Shown piece after piece: positions 1 to 9,603 of a DNA stretch of 64,000 nucleotides. A program made the translations under genes and the position numbers. The stretch spans positions 2,112,001 to 2,176,000 of the forward strand of contig OZ243916.1 in NCBI GenBank assembly GCA_965213675.1. The letters are read 5' to 3'. Source of the DNA: an uncultured Candidatus Binatia bacterium. Its GTDB lineage: Bacteria > Desulfobacterota > Binatia > UBA9968 > JAJDTQ01. The number at the start of each line of letters is the position of its first letter. Position 1 is the stretch's first letter. The notes below the pieces were generated by a model. It did no database searches, was not told where the DNA came from, and saw only the letters and a list, made by a program, of their open reading frames with translations.

Positions 1-120
1 ATCACTCCTGCGTGACGGGCGCCACGCGTGAAGGAGCCACGCAGCCGGCGGCGAAACCCGCATTTACGTCTACGAATTTACGGTACGCAACATCGGTTCG
101 TGGTTGCCGACCTGCCGGAG

Positions 121-642
121 CTACGACCGGTCCAGTCGGAGGTTGCGAAAAACGGCCATACGGGGATCCCCCGGCAACGTGCACCCGCACGTGGTCCGGT
201 TCAATTCAGCGCCGCAGTCGGGGCACAGGCCGCGGCAATTCTCACTGCACAGGGGCCGGAGGGGAAGGGCGAGCAGCGTCTGCTCACGGACGAAGGGCGC
301 GAGGTCGATGTCCTCCCCGGTGTAGAAGCTCAAGCCCATTTCGTCCGCCGTCAACTCCTTGCTCTTGTTAGTCGGAAGGGGGTCCGGGGTCAATACGAAG
401 TCGAACGATTTCTCGATCACGAAGCCGCACGCTTCCAGACAGCGGCTGCACTCGGCTTCCGCCTCCCCCTTGAGACTCCCGTGGAAGAAGACCTCCCGTC
501 CAGACCGATAGTAGGAGACCTCCACCTGAATCGGTGACGGGAGGCGGACCCCCGCTGGAACTCCTTCCCGAACAACGTCGAGAACTTCGGCGAAACGCGT
601 CTCCCTGGGTACGGTGTCGATACGGCTAAGGGGGATTCTCAA
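121..642 (-). CDS. yceD: YceD/DUF177 family protein (large ribosomal subunit accumulation)
   Basis: C-terminal part of ORF 121..1779: 'ECSRCL', 'IDLAPFVREQTLLALPLRPLCSENCRGLCPDCG', 'DPR'. TTG start at 642 with GGAG upstream. A GGAG at the window edge (minus strand, near 4-9) fits a following rpmF outside the window. Confidence 0.85.
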   Translation of the reverse strand: MRIPLSRIDTVPRETRFAEVLDVVREGVPAGVRLPSPIQVEVSYYRSGREVFFHGSLKGEAEAECSRCLEACGFVIEKSFDFVLTPDPLPTNKSKELTADEMGLSFYTGEDIDLAPFVREQTLLALPLRPLCSENCRGLCPDCGAELNRTTCGCTLPGDPRMAVFRNLRLDRS

Positions 643-837
643 GGCCGCTCCAGTCAAACAATCTTCATAGCTGGCAGCCGCGAAGCCTGTCAATCTCCCG
701 GGCTCTGCGGCCACCGGCGCGCCTTGTGCAGGTGAATCGTTTCTGTTAACGCATGTCTCCGTGAGTTTTCCTCCGCACGTCCGACACGCTTGGCCTCGAA
801 GCCCCGCCCGCTCGCGCCACACCGTGGGAGCGGCCGC

Positions 838-1746
838 GTGAACGCCCGCCTCGGACTGGTGCACGCCGTGCTGCTGGCCACGGCGGACCTCGGCGCCACG
901 GTGCCGCCGCAGCACCCATCCGCCCGGAACCTCGGCACCGAGCGCATGGGCTCGGGAACCGTCGTCGATCCGGCCGGCGTCATCCTGACGGTGAATTATG
1001 TCGTGAACGGCGCCGACTCCATCACTGTAACGCTCTCCGACGGGAAACAATACCCCGGACAGATCATGGCGCAGGACTTCGACAGCGGCATCGCGCTGGT
1101 GAAGATCGACGCCCGCGACCTGCCCTTTCTGCGCCCGGCGGAAACCGTGACCGTGGGTCAGCCCGCCTTCATGATCGCCAGCAGCGGCGACCACAACCGG
1201 CGCGTCAGCGACGGCTACGTGACCTCGCTGGAAGGGTACGACGGACAGTGGGAGTACATGCTGGAGAAGTCCATCCGTGTGAGCGCCTTCAATCCGGGCT
1301 TCGGCGGCGGCACCCTGGCGGACTCCCGCGGACGGCTGCTGGGGGTCGTGTCGCTGAACCTCAACGAAATCGGAAAGTTCACCATGGCCATCCCGGTGGA
1401 GTTCTACCTCCGGGACGCGGATGAGCTGCGGAATTTCGGCCGGGTACGCAGCCGCCCCGCGCGCCCCTGGCTCGGCCTGTACTCGCAGGCCATGGGCGGG
1501 CACCTGCTGGTCACCGGCGTGACGCCGTCCGGGCCCGCGGAAACGGCGGGGCTCAAGCAGGGCGACATCATTCTGGCCGTGGAGGACCAGGACGTGCAGA
1601 CCCGACCCCAGCTCTACCGGGAAATGTGGAAGAGGCAGGCGGGCGATGTCATCACCTTCCGCGTGATCCGGGGCAACGGCTCCATGGACATCGCGGTTCC
1701 CAGCATCGACCGCTGGGAGCGCAACAACCCGCCAAGCGGCGCCTGA
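838..1746 (+). CDS. HtrA/S1C-like trypsin domain plus PDZ protein with degenerate catalytic residues
   Basis: 'GSGTVVD..G.ILT', 'RPWLG', PDZ 'GPAETAGLKQGDII'. GTG start after GGGAG. Catalytic His and Ser motifs read TVNYV and NPGFGGG. Confidence 0.8.
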   Translation: MNARLGLVHAVLLATADLGATVPPQHPSARNLGTERMGSGTVVDPAGVILTVNYVVNGADSITVTLSDGKQYPGQIMAQDFDSGIALVKIDARDLPFLRPAETVTVGQPAFMIASSGDHNRRVSDGYVTSLEGYDGQWEYMLEKSIRVSAFNPGFGGGTLADSRGRLLGVVSLNLNEIGKFTMAIPVEFYLRDADELRNFGRVRSRPARPWLGLYSQAMGGHLLVTGVTPSGPAETAGLKQGDIILAVEDQDVQTRPQLYREMWKRQAGDVITFRVIRGNGSMDIAVPSIDRWERNNPPSGA

Positions 1747-1829
1747 GAACGGCGCAAGCTCCCAGGCCGTGCCGGCCACGGTCCGGGCCCGGAGCGCTGG
1801 ACACGGTCATTGACGAAGCGGTGCGCCGC

Positions 1830-2231
1830 GTGAAGAACGTCACCTCCTATCGCGTCATCTACGGCGACACGGACCAGATGGGCGTCGCCTACTACGCCAA
1901 CTATCTTCGCTGGTTCGAGATCGGCAGGACCGAGTTCATGCGCGAGGCCGGCGTTCCGTATGACCAGGCCGAACGGGAGGGCATCTTCTTCCCCGTGACC
2001 GAAGTGCAGTGCCGCTATCGCAAGCCGGCCCTCTACGACCACCTGCTGTGGATCGAGACCACCATCGAATCCGTGAGTCCGGTGGCGGTGCGGTTCCATT
2101 ACCGCATCGGTCTCGAAGGGGAGCGCACCGCGCTGGCGTCGGGCTGGACGAAGCACGCCTGCCTGGGCCGCGAGCGCCGGCTGACGCCGTTGCCCGAAAC
2201 CTATGTCCGCCGCCTGGGGCTCACGGTCTGA
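1830..2231 (+). CDS. YbgC/FadM family acyl-CoA thioesterase
   Basis: 'RVIYGDTDQMGVAYYANYLRWFEIGRTE' hot-dog thioesterase motif; start approximate. Confidence 0.85.
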   Translation: MKNVTSYRVIYGDTDQMGVAYYANYLRWFEIGRTEFMREAGVPYDQAEREGIFFPVTEVQCRYRKPALYDHLLWIETTIESVSPVAVRFHYRIGLEGERTALASGWTKHACLGRERRLTPLPETYVRRLGLTV

Positions 2232-2270
2232 CCGCGGCTCCGACCCAAGGGCGCTGTTCCAAACGATGTA

Positions 2271-3605
2271 TCAGGGAGCCGGCTCCACCGCGGCTTGCAG
2301 GCCGGCGGCGGCTTCGAGGCGAGGGGCGCCGTAGGTCTCCGCGACACACCGCAAGAGCGCAATATTGTTCGCGTGTCCCGTCATCCGCGCGCTCACCCGG
2401 CCCCGGATCGGACGGCCGATGAGCGAGAAGTCGCCAACGATGTCCAGTATCTTGTGACGTACGAACTCGTCGTCGAAGCGCAGGGCGGTGTTGATGACCC
2501 GCTCGTCGTCAATGAGGATACAGTTGCCGAGGCGGCCGCCCTTGATCAACCCCATCCGTTCGAGTTTCTCGAAATCGCGCAGGAAGCCGAAGGTCCGCGC
2601 CGGGGCGATCTCGTCCCGAAACGATCCCGCCCCCTCGTGGACGTAGGTGTATTCCTGGGTGCCCACGGGGCTCGGATAACTCAGGTGATAGCGCACCGTG
2701 AAGACGTCCGCCGGTTCGATGACGATCTCCTCCGGTCCGCTGCCGCGAACACGCAGGGTTCGATCGATGACGATCTCCGGACACACCCCCTCCTGTTCTT
2801 CCACCCCCGCTTCCTCGATCAGGCGGCAAAACTCCAGGGCCGAGCCGTCCAGGATGGGGATCTCGCCGTACATCTTGATCAGCAGATTGGTGATGCCATA
2901 GGCGTGAAGGGCCGCCATCAGGTGCTCGACGGTACCCACCACCGCGCCGCCACGGCGCAACGACGTGGCGAAGTCGGTGGAGCGCACGAAGTCCAGGTGG
3001 GCCGGAACGGTGGCGTCGCCGGAGATGCCGCCGAAGTGAATGCCGCTGTCGGCCGGCAACGGGTGCAGGATCACGCCGGTGCTGACGCCCGAGTGCAACC
3101 CCAGCCCGCATGCCACGACGCTCTTGCGGAGGGTTCTCTGGCGTGCGCCGCCGTCCGCGCCAACAGCCGTGGCCGACGGCGCGGGCATCCGGCACAACCG
3201 CGGCCGTTCCCCGGCCGCCGGACCCTCGCGCCCCGCGTTGCCGCAGGCGCGCTCGATGGTGGCCAGCAACCCGTCCAGGGAAAGCGGCTTCTCGATGAAG
3301 TCGAAGGCGCCGAGCTTGGTCGCCGTGACCGCCGTGTGGATGCTTCCATGACCTGAAATCATGATGACGCGGGCCTCGGGATGCGCGCTCTTGATCTGCT
3401 TCAACAGCACGATTCCGTCCATCTCGGGCATCCAGATGTCCAGCAGGATCACGTCGGGCGCCTCTTGCGCCACCCGTTGCAGGACCTCGGACCCCTCGGT
3501 CGCCGCGATCACCCGGTAACCCTCGTCGGCAAGGATCTCGCGTACGGTCTCGCGGATGACGTCCTCGTCATCCACCACCAGCACGGTTCGTTGCGCTGCC
3601 TGCAT
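2271..3605 (-). CDS. lpxC: Response-regulator receiver domain fused to UDP-3-O-acyl-N-acetylglucosamine deacetylase (REC-LpxC)
   Basis: N-terminus 'VLVVDDE...LLDIWMPEMDG...MISGHG...FIEKP' (REC). C-terminus 'QRTL...GLGLHSG', 'TVEHLMAAL', 'EIPILDGSA', 'EIAPARTFGF', 'RHKILDIVGD', 'GHANN' (LpxC). One uninterrupted frame; GGAGGG RBS. Confidence 0.93.
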   Translation of the reverse strand: MQAAQRTVLVVDDEDVIRETVREILADEGYRVIAATEGSEVLQRVAQEAPDVILLDIWMPEMDGIVLLKQIKSAHPEARVIMISGHGSIHTAVTATKLGAFDFIEKPLSLDGLLATIERACGNAGREGPAAGERPRLCRMPAPSATAVGADGGARQRTLRKSVVACGLGLHSGVSTGVILHPLPADSGIHFGGISGDATVPAHLDFVRSTDFATSLRRGGAVVGTVEHLMAALHAYGITNLLIKMYGEIPILDGSALEFCRLIEEAGVEEQEGVCPEIVIDRTLRVRGSGPEEIVIEPADVFTVRYHLSYPSPVGTQEYTYVHEGAGSFRDEIAPARTFGFLRDFEKLERMGLIKGGRLGNCILIDDERVINTALRFDDEFVRHKILDIVGDFSLIGRPIRGRVSARMTGHANNIALLRCVAETYGAPRLEAAAGLQAAVEPAP

Positions 3606-3670
3606 GGTCCTTGATCCCTCCACAAAAGGCGCGGGGCCGAACCCCGGCTTCCGCGCTCGCGCGTCACGCG

Positions 3671-5914
3671 TCACGACGCCTCGCTCACGCGCACCTCCAG
3701 CGGTTCCGCCTGCGCCGCCACCGGAAACTCGATGATGAAGCGTGTGCCGCGGGGCTGGTTCTGGCGCACGCGAATGTAGCCCCGATGGTCGGCCACGATG
3801 GTGCCGACTATGGAGAGCCCCAGTCCCGTGCCCTCGTCCTTGGTCGAATAGTACGGTTCGAAGATCCGACCCCGATCCTCCCGGGCGATGCCCCCGCCCT
3901 CGTCCGCCACCTCCAGCCGCACCATGCCGAAGGCCTCATCGAAACGCGTGGTGATCTCGATGCGTCCGCTGCCGCCCAGGGACGCCACCGCATTGTCCAG
4001 CAGGTTGAACAAGGCGCGCTTGATCTGCTCGCGGTCCAGCTCCACCAGCGGAATGGCGTCCCGCTCCAGGAAATCGAATTCCACTTCCCGGTGGCCTTCC
4101 TTGAAGAGGAACAGCGCCTCCCGCACCACCTCGTTCAGGTCGTCGGCGCCGAGCCTGGCCGTGGGCAGGCGCGCGAAATTCGAGAACTCGTTCACCAGTG
4201 TCTTGAGCTCGTCCACCTGGCGGATAATCGTGGAAGTGCACTTGTCGAGCACCGCGCCGTCTCCGTCCAGAACGTTCTCGTAGCGCTTGCGCAGACGCTG
4301 CGCCGATAGCTGAATCGGCGTCAGCGGGTTCTTGATCTCGTGGGCGATGCGGCGCGCCACCTCGCGCCATGCCTCCACGCGCTGCATGCTCTGGATCTCG
4401 GTGAGATCTTCCATAAACACCATGACCCCGAGCGTGTGGCCCTCGTCATCGCGCAGGTCGGCGGCCACGGTCATAAGCGTCCGGCCGCGCTCAGCGCCGC
4501 CGATACGCACGCCGCACTCCACCGTGACGCCGTCCTTCACCTGCTCGATGACCTCGAGCAGGGGCTGCAACTCCGGCGCCTCCAGCGCCTCCTCGTAGCG
4601 CCGCTGCAGGATGTCCGGGGCGCGGAGATCCAGGATCTGCTCCGCGGCCTTGTTGACGATGGTCACCTTGCCGAACCGATCCACCGAGATCACCCCGGCG
4701 GTGATGTTGGCGAGCAGCGTCTCCATGTATTGCCGCCGCTGCTCCAGTTCGGAGTGTGTGCGCTTGAGGTCCTCGGTCATCTGGTTGAATGAGGTCACCA
4801 GCGTGCCGATCTCGTCGTCGCCACCGCTCTCGATGCGGTAGTCCAGGTTGCCGTGGGCGACTTCGTGGGTGCCCTCGGCCAACTGCTGAATCGGCACGGT
4901 GATGCCCTTGGCCAGCGCAAAGCCGAACCACGACGCCGCGAAGATCATCACCAGGGTGATGAGCAGCAGCGTCAGCATGTACGCGTTCTTCACCGGCTCG
5001 TTGAGGATGGCCATGTGTTTGTACTCTTCGTACGAACGGGCGATGGCCTGCGCCTTCTTGCTGACGCTCACGGGCACGAAGTAGTCCACCACCACCGCGC
5101 CGATGATCCGCCTGCCCTCGCCGTAGACCGGCACCGCGCCGCGCAGCACGTCGCCATCACCCAGCGCCTCGCTCCGCGTCACCTCGAGGCCGCGCAACGC
5201 GCTATCGAGGAAATCCGCCCGGGGCCTGACCATCACTCCCGTGGGCACCTGGTCGTTGAACGCCTTCACCAACGCCGTGCCGTCCGGCTTGTAGACCTCC
5301 ACCGTGCCGAGGTTGTATTCCCGCTGCTTCTCCTCCACCAGGCGCTTCAACCGGTCTGCGTTCCGGGACTCGAAGAGATCCGCGTCACCGATGCGGTAGC
5401 TCAGCTCGCGGGCGAAGAAGAGCGCGTTGTCGGCCGAGTTCCGGTAGTAGGCGGAGCTGATGTCAAGGGAGCCGCTGAGCGCGTTGACCACCTGGGCGTC
5501 GAACCATTTGTCCACGGAACGGGTCACGAGGCTTCCGGCTGTCAGGAACAGCAGCACCGTGGGCACGAGCGAGAGACCGATGAACGCCAGCACCAAGCGG
5601 GCCTGGAGGCGCGAACCCAGAATGCGCCGGCGCCGGTCCAGCACCAGTTTCAGGAGGTTCCGCGCCACCAGGAACACCAGCAGCGCCAGCAGGATGATGT
5701 TGATGTTGACCAGCAGGAAGAACGCGATGTTGCTGACGAGGGTGTAGTCCGCGGAAACCTCGGGCAGGATATCCTCGAAAAACGCGAACAGCAGAATCAT
5801 CAGGGCGGCGATGAGAATCAGCCACCATTCGCGCCGGCGGCGCCTGCCTTCCGCGAATTGAAGCGCCTGCGCCTTTCCTTCGTCGGCTTTGGCTGTGCTC
5901 ATTGGAGTGGCCAT
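3671..5914 (-). CDS. ntrY: NtrY-like membrane sensor histidine kinase (TM-periplasmic-HAMP-PAS-HisKA-HATPase)
   Basis: 'AWREVARRIAHEIKNPLTPIQLSAQRL' H-box typical of NtrY; 'NLLDNA', 'DEGGG', 'FEPYYSTK..GTGLGL'; HAMP 'DDEIGTLVTSFNQM'. Confidence 0.88.
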   Translation of the reverse strand: MATPMSTAKADEGKAQALQFAEGRRRRREWWLILIAALMILLFAFFEDILPEVSADYTLVSNIAFFLLVNINIILLALLVFLVARNLLKLVLDRRRRILGSRLQARLVLAFIGLSLVPTVLLFLTAGSLVTRSVDKWFDAQVVNALSGSLDISSAYYRNSADNALFFARELSYRIGDADLFESRNADRLKRLVEEKQREYNLGTVEVYKPDGTALVKAFNDQVPTGVMVRPRADFLDSALRGLEVTRSEALGDGDVLRGAVPVYGEGRRIIGAVVVDYFVPVSVSKKAQAIARSYEEYKHMAILNEPVKNAYMLTLLLITLVMIFAASWFGFALAKGITVPIQQLAEGTHEVAHGNLDYRIESGGDDEIGTLVTSFNQMTEDLKRTHSELEQRRQYMETLLANITAGVISVDRFGKVTIVNKAAEQILDLRAPDILQRRYEEALEAPELQPLLEVIEQVKDGVTVECGVRIGGAERGRTLMTVAADLRDDEGHTLGVMVFMEDLTEIQSMQRVEAWREVARRIAHEIKNPLTPIQLSAQRLRKRYENVLDGDGAVLDKCTSTIIRQVDELKTLVNEFSNFARLPTARLGADDLNEVVREALFLFKEGHREVEFDFLERDAIPLVELDREQIKRALFNLLDNAVASLGGSGRIEITTRFDEAFGMVRLEVADEGGGIAREDRGRIFEPYYSTKDEGTGLGLSIVGTIVADHRGYIRVRQNQPRGTRFIIEFPVAAQAEPLEVRVSEAS

Positions 5915-5955
5915 GACGGCTTCCCAAGCGCGGAATACGAATGCACCGGATCACA

Positions 5956-6120
5956 CTAGTGTCGCGTTCCGCAAATACGTTGACAAATCTGCTTGTCCTT
6001 TCTGCCGTCCGCTGCGTTGCTCTTCCTCGCGTGGCACACGCCACTGCTCGCCATCGCGCCTTGCCGACAACAAAATTTCCTGCGCATCTTCGTCAACGTA
6101 CTTGCGGAACGCAACACTAG
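5956..6120. mobile_element. 165-bp MITE, terminal-repeat type A (copy 1)
   Basis: CTAG at both ends; ~29-bp terminal inverted repeats CTAGTGTCGCGTTCCGCAAATACGTTGAC / GTCAACGTACTTGCGGAACGCAACACTAG; near-identical copy at 22416-22580. Confidence 0.85.
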
Positions 6121-6281
6121 TGTGGTGTCTGGTTAATTCGCGTCATAATCTGCGGGTCATTTTCGCCGTCGGCTGCGTTGCTCTTCCTCGCGTGGTACAC
6201 GCCACTGCTCGTCATCGCGCCTTGCCGACAACAAAATTTCCTCCGCACATTATGACGCGAATTAACCAGACGCCACACTAG
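6117..6281. mobile_element. 165-bp MITE, terminal-repeat type B (copy 2), sharing its CTAG with copy 1
   Basis: Terminal inverted repeats CTAGTGTGGTGTCTGGTTAATTCGCGTCATAAT / ATTATGACGCGAATTAACCAGACGCCACACTAG; related copies at 15610-15774 and 58971-59077. Confidence 0.85.
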
Positions 6282-6360
6282 ACCTTCCACCCGCAAAGCA
6301 CAAAGGGAAAGATCGTCCAGGGAAGAGCCTGATCATGCGCGCCAGCGCTTCGCAGCGCGC

Positions 6361-7398
6361 CTACAAGAGCCGCTTCTGGCGCTTCTCCCGATCCACGCGG
6401 GACGCCGACTGCGACCGTCCCAAGTGGCGGTAGGCCACCGGCGTGGCCACCCGGCCCTGGGGACGGCGCTCGAGAAAGCCCGCCTGAATGAGGTAAGGCT
6501 CGTAGGCGTCCTCCACGGTGCCGCGCTCCTCACCGATGGCGGCGGCCAGCGTGTCCAGGCCCACGGGACCGCCATCGAATTTGTCGATGATGGTGGCGAG
6601 GATCAGCGTATCCATCTTGTCGCACCCCTGCTCATCCACCTCCAGCATCTCCAGTGCCCGGCACGCCACCGGGCGGGTGATCCGTCCCTGTCCATGGACC
6701 TCCGCGTAGTCTCGCACCCGGCGCAGCAGCCGGTTGGCGATGCGCGGCGTGCCGCGGGAACGACGCGCGATCTCCAGGAAGCCGTCATCGTCGCCGCCCA
6801 CGCGCAACAGTGCCGCCGAGCGGGACAACAACCGGGCCAGCACTTCCGGTTCGTAGAAGTCGAGGCGGAACACCGCGCCGAACCGGTTGCGCAAGGCCGG
6901 CGTCAAGAGGCCGGAGCGCGTGGTGGCGCCGACGAGGGTAAAGCGCTTGAGATCGAGCTTGATGGACTTGGCGCCCGGCCCCTGGCCGATCATCACGTCC
7001 ACCTGGAAATCCTCCATGGCCGGGTAGAGCACCTCCTCCACCACGTGGTTGAGCCGGTGGATCTCGTCGATAAACAGGATGTCGCCGGCATCGAGGTTGG
7101 TGAGCAACGCGGCGAGATCGCCGGGGCGTTCGATCACCGGACCCGAGGTGGGGCGGATATTCACGCCCATCTCGTGCGAGACGAGGTGCGCCAGGGAGGT
7201 CTTGCCAAGCCCGGGCGGGCCGTGGAAGAGCAGATGATCGAGGACGTCGCCGCGCTGTTTGGCGGCGGTGATGGCGATGGCGAGGTTGGCCTTGACCTTG
7301 TCCTGCCCGACGTATTCGTCGAAGTACTGAGGACGCAGGCTCGAATCGAAGACAACGTCCTCTTCCGTGCCCGTGGGCGCAATGGTCCTGCTTTCCAT
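6361..7398 (-). CDS. ruvB: Holliday junction branch migration helicase RuvB
   Basis: '[13 protein letters not shown]', 'GPPGLGKT', 'FIDEIHRL', '[18 protein letters not shown]'. Confidence 0.97.
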   Translation of the reverse strand: MESRTIAPTGTEEDVVFDSSLRPQYFDEYVGQDKVKANLAIAITAAKQRGDVLDHLLFHGPPGLGKTSLAHLVSHEMGVNIRPTSGPVIERPGDLAALLTNLDAGDILFIDEIHRLNHVVEEVLYPAMEDFQVDVMIGQGPGAKSIKLDLKRFTLVGATTRSGLLTPALRNRFGAVFRLDFYEPEVLARLLSRSAALLRVGGDDDGFLEIARRSRGTPRIANRLLRRVRDYAEVHGQGRITRPVACRALEMLEVDEQGCDKMDTLILATIIDKFDGGPVGLDTLAAAIGEERGTVEDAYEPYLIQAGFLERRPQGRVATPVAYRHLGRSQSASRVDREKRQKRLL

Positions 7399-7589
7399 GA
7401 ACGGGGTTCCGCCGGCGCGCTAGTGTGGCGTTGGGAGAATCCGTGGACCCGGACGCCCTGGAACTCTTCTTGCCGGCAAGACACGATGATTCGCAGGGGC
7501 GACCGGCGGTCGCCCCCATGTGGCGGGCGCCACACAGCCGATGGCGACAAGGACCCACAGATGGTTCAACGTATTCTCCCGAAGCAACA

Positions 7590-8177
7590 CTAAAGGCCGA
7601 GCTGACGCAGGGCACCCTTGAGCACCGTCTCCAGATCGGCGGCGCCCTCGTCCAGCAACCGGCGCACGACCTTGTCCGCGTCCGTGCGCCGGTAGCCCAG
7701 GTTCACCAGCGCCGACACGGCGTCGCCCCGGATTCCCGGATCCAGCGCCGGAGCCTCCGGACCGACATCCGGCAACAACGTAATTTTATCACGCAGTTCC
7801 ACGATCATGCGATCCGCCATGCGTTTGCCGATTCCCGGGATCGAGACCAGGCGGGCGACGTCGCCATCGCGCAGAGCGGCCAGCAACTCCGCCGCGGCAA
7901 GGCCCGAAAGGATGTTGAGCGCCAGCCGTGGACCGATGCCCGACACCCCGGTGAGCAGCATGAACGCCTGCTTCTCCGCCGGCTCGAAGAAGCCGAACAA
8001 CTGGATGGCGTCTTCCCGAACGTGGGTGTGTACCCACAGGCTCACCGGCTCGCCCACATCCGGCAGCCGATAGAAGACGCTCAACGCCGTGAAGAGCTGA
8101 TAGCCGACGCCGCCGACGTCGACAATGACTTCGCCCGGCGCCTTGTGGTCCAATGTACCGCGAATCCTGGCGATCAC
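7590..8177 (-). CDS. ruvA: Holliday junction branch migration protein RuvA
   Basis: 'DVGGVGY', 'HTHVREDAIQLFGF', 'GIGPRLAL', 'IPGIGKRMADRMIVELRDK'. Confidence 0.95.
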   Translation of the reverse strand: MIARIRGTLDHKAPGEVIVDVGGVGYQLFTALSVFYRLPDVGEPVSLWVHTHVREDAIQLFGFFEPAEKQAFMLLTGVSGIGPRLALNILSGLAAAELLAALRDGDVARLVSIPGIGKRMADRMIVELRDKITLLPDVGPEAPALDPGIRGDAVSALVNLGYRRTDADKVVRRLLDEGAADLETVLKGALRQLGL

Positions 8178-8266
8178 GATCAAGACTCGGAACGGTTCGG
8201 CGCGCCGTCGCCCGGCTTGGTCACCGGCGCGCACCGGGACACGACACTACGGAAGCCATCCGGCCC

Positions 8267-8857
8267 TCACCCCTTGGCCCCGGGGACGGCCTCAACCGGC
8301 CAGCGCAGCCCACGGGAACTTCTCCCGCCGCGGAACGACAGCGCGGCGCCGGTGCGGAACGCGCCCAGGTGACCGTGGCACAGGGCCATCGCCAGCGCGT
8401 CGGCGGCGTCCTCCTGAGGTTCCGCGGGCAGTTCCAGGAGGGCGGCGACCATCTGCTGTATCTGTGCCTTGCTCGCGTGCCCGTAGCCCGTCACGGCCTT
8501 CTTCACCTGGACCGAGTTGTACTCGGCCACCGGCAGATCGCCTTCAGCCGCCGCCAGCAGCGCCACGCCGCGCACCTGACCGAGCTTCAACGCGCTCTGC
8601 ACGTTGCGCGCGAGAAAGACTTTCTCCAGACTGACGCAAGTCGGCTGGTGTTCCCGGGTGACGCGGGTCAACTCGGTGAAGACGCGGTGGAGGCGACGGT
8701 CCTGCGACAGGCGGGCGGCGGCCCGCACCGTCCCGTGGGCGACGTGCCGGAGCCGGTTTCCCTCGGCGCGGATGACGCCCCAGCCGGTCTTGATGGTTCC
8801 AGGGTCTATCCCGAGGATCGTTTCGATAGGACCTTCTCCGATCCCGCCAGCCGGCAT
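8267..8857 (-). CDS. ruvC: Holliday junction resolvase RuvC
   Basis: 'ILGIDPG..KTGWG', 'SALKLGQVRG', 'VKKAVTGYGHASK', 'DAADALA'; ATG overlaps the yebC stop. Confidence 0.95.
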   Translation of the reverse strand: MPAGGIGEGPIETILGIDPGTIKTGWGVIRAEGNRLRHVAHGTVRAAARLSQDRRLHRVFTELTRVTREHQPTCVSLEKVFLARNVQSALKLGQVRGVALLAAAEGDLPVAEYNSVQVKKAVTGYGHASKAQIQQMVAALLELPAEPQEDAADALAMALCHGHLGAFRTGAALSFRGGRSSRGLRWPVEAVPGAKG

Positions 8858-9603
8858 CAACCGGCCTTCTCGAGCATCTCGTCCGAAATGTCGAAGTTCG
8901 CGGCGACGCTCTGGACGTCGTCGTGGTCCTCAAGCTCCTCGGTGAGAGTGAGGGTGCGCTCGGCCTCCTTGTCGCCAAGGGTCGTGGTGGTCTTGGGGAT
9001 CATGGTGACTTCGGCCGACACCACGGCGACTTTGGCGTTGTCGAGGCTCTCCCGGACCGCGTTGAAATCCTCGGGCGCGGTGACAATCTCGAAGACATCG
9101 TCGCTCTCGGTGACGTCCTCGGCGCCGGCCTCGAGCGCCACGCCGATCAACTCGTCCTCGTCCACCGTGTCCCGGGACACGACGATAAGCCCCTTGCTGT
9201 CAAACATCCACGCCACGCAGCCGGTCTCGCCGAGGCTGCCGCCGTGCTTGTTGAACAGCCGGCGAATGTCCGACACCGTACGGTTGCGGTTGTCCGTCAG
9301 CACCTGCACCAGGAAGGCGGCGCCGCCCGGCCCATAACCCTCGTAGTGGATTTCCTCGTAGGACACCCCTTCGAGCTCGCCCGTACCCTTCTTGATGGCG
9401 CGCTCGATGTTGTCGTTGGGCATGCTGTTCTCACGGGCCGTCTGCACCGCGGTGCGCAGGCGCGGGTTGTTCGTCAGGTCCCCGCCGCCCATGCGCGCGG
9501 CCACCGTGATCTCCTTGATGAACTTGGTGAACAGCTTTCCGCGCTTGGCGTCCTTGGCCGCCTTCTTGTGCTTGATGGTGCTCCATTTCGAATGTCCGGA
9601 CAT
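8857..9603 (-). CDS. yebC: YebC/PmpR family protein
   Basis: '[14 protein letters not shown]', 'YEGYGPGG', 'TDNRNRT', 'DDVQSV'; canonical yebC-ruvCAB order. Confidence 0.96.
   Translation of the reverse strand: MSGHSKWSTIKHKKAAKDAKRGKLFTKFIKEITVAARMGGGDLTNNPRLRTAVQTARENSMPNDNIERAIKKGTGELEGVSYEEIHYEGYGPGGAAFLVQVLTDNRNRTVSDIRRLFNKHGGSLGETGCVAWMFDSKGLIVVSRDTVDEDELIGVALEAGAEDVTESDDVFEIVTAPEDFNAVRESLDNAKVAVVSAEVTMIPKTTTTLGDKEAERTLTLTEELEDHDDVQSVAANFDISDEMLEKAG

Noticed and set aside
72-96. ACGAATTTACGGTACGCAACATCGG resembles a type A MITE end
   Set aside because: No CTAG, no partner repeat and no core; too short to support.
643-1779. 552-aa ORF 121..1779 as one long protein
   Set aside because: Only the last ~173 aa are YceD; the rest is antisense to the protease-PDZ gene and stays open because of high GC.
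3625-3652. Hairpin plus T-run between ntrY and REC-lpxC as an attenuator
   Set aside because: Stem is only about 6 bp and is separated from the short T-run; weak.
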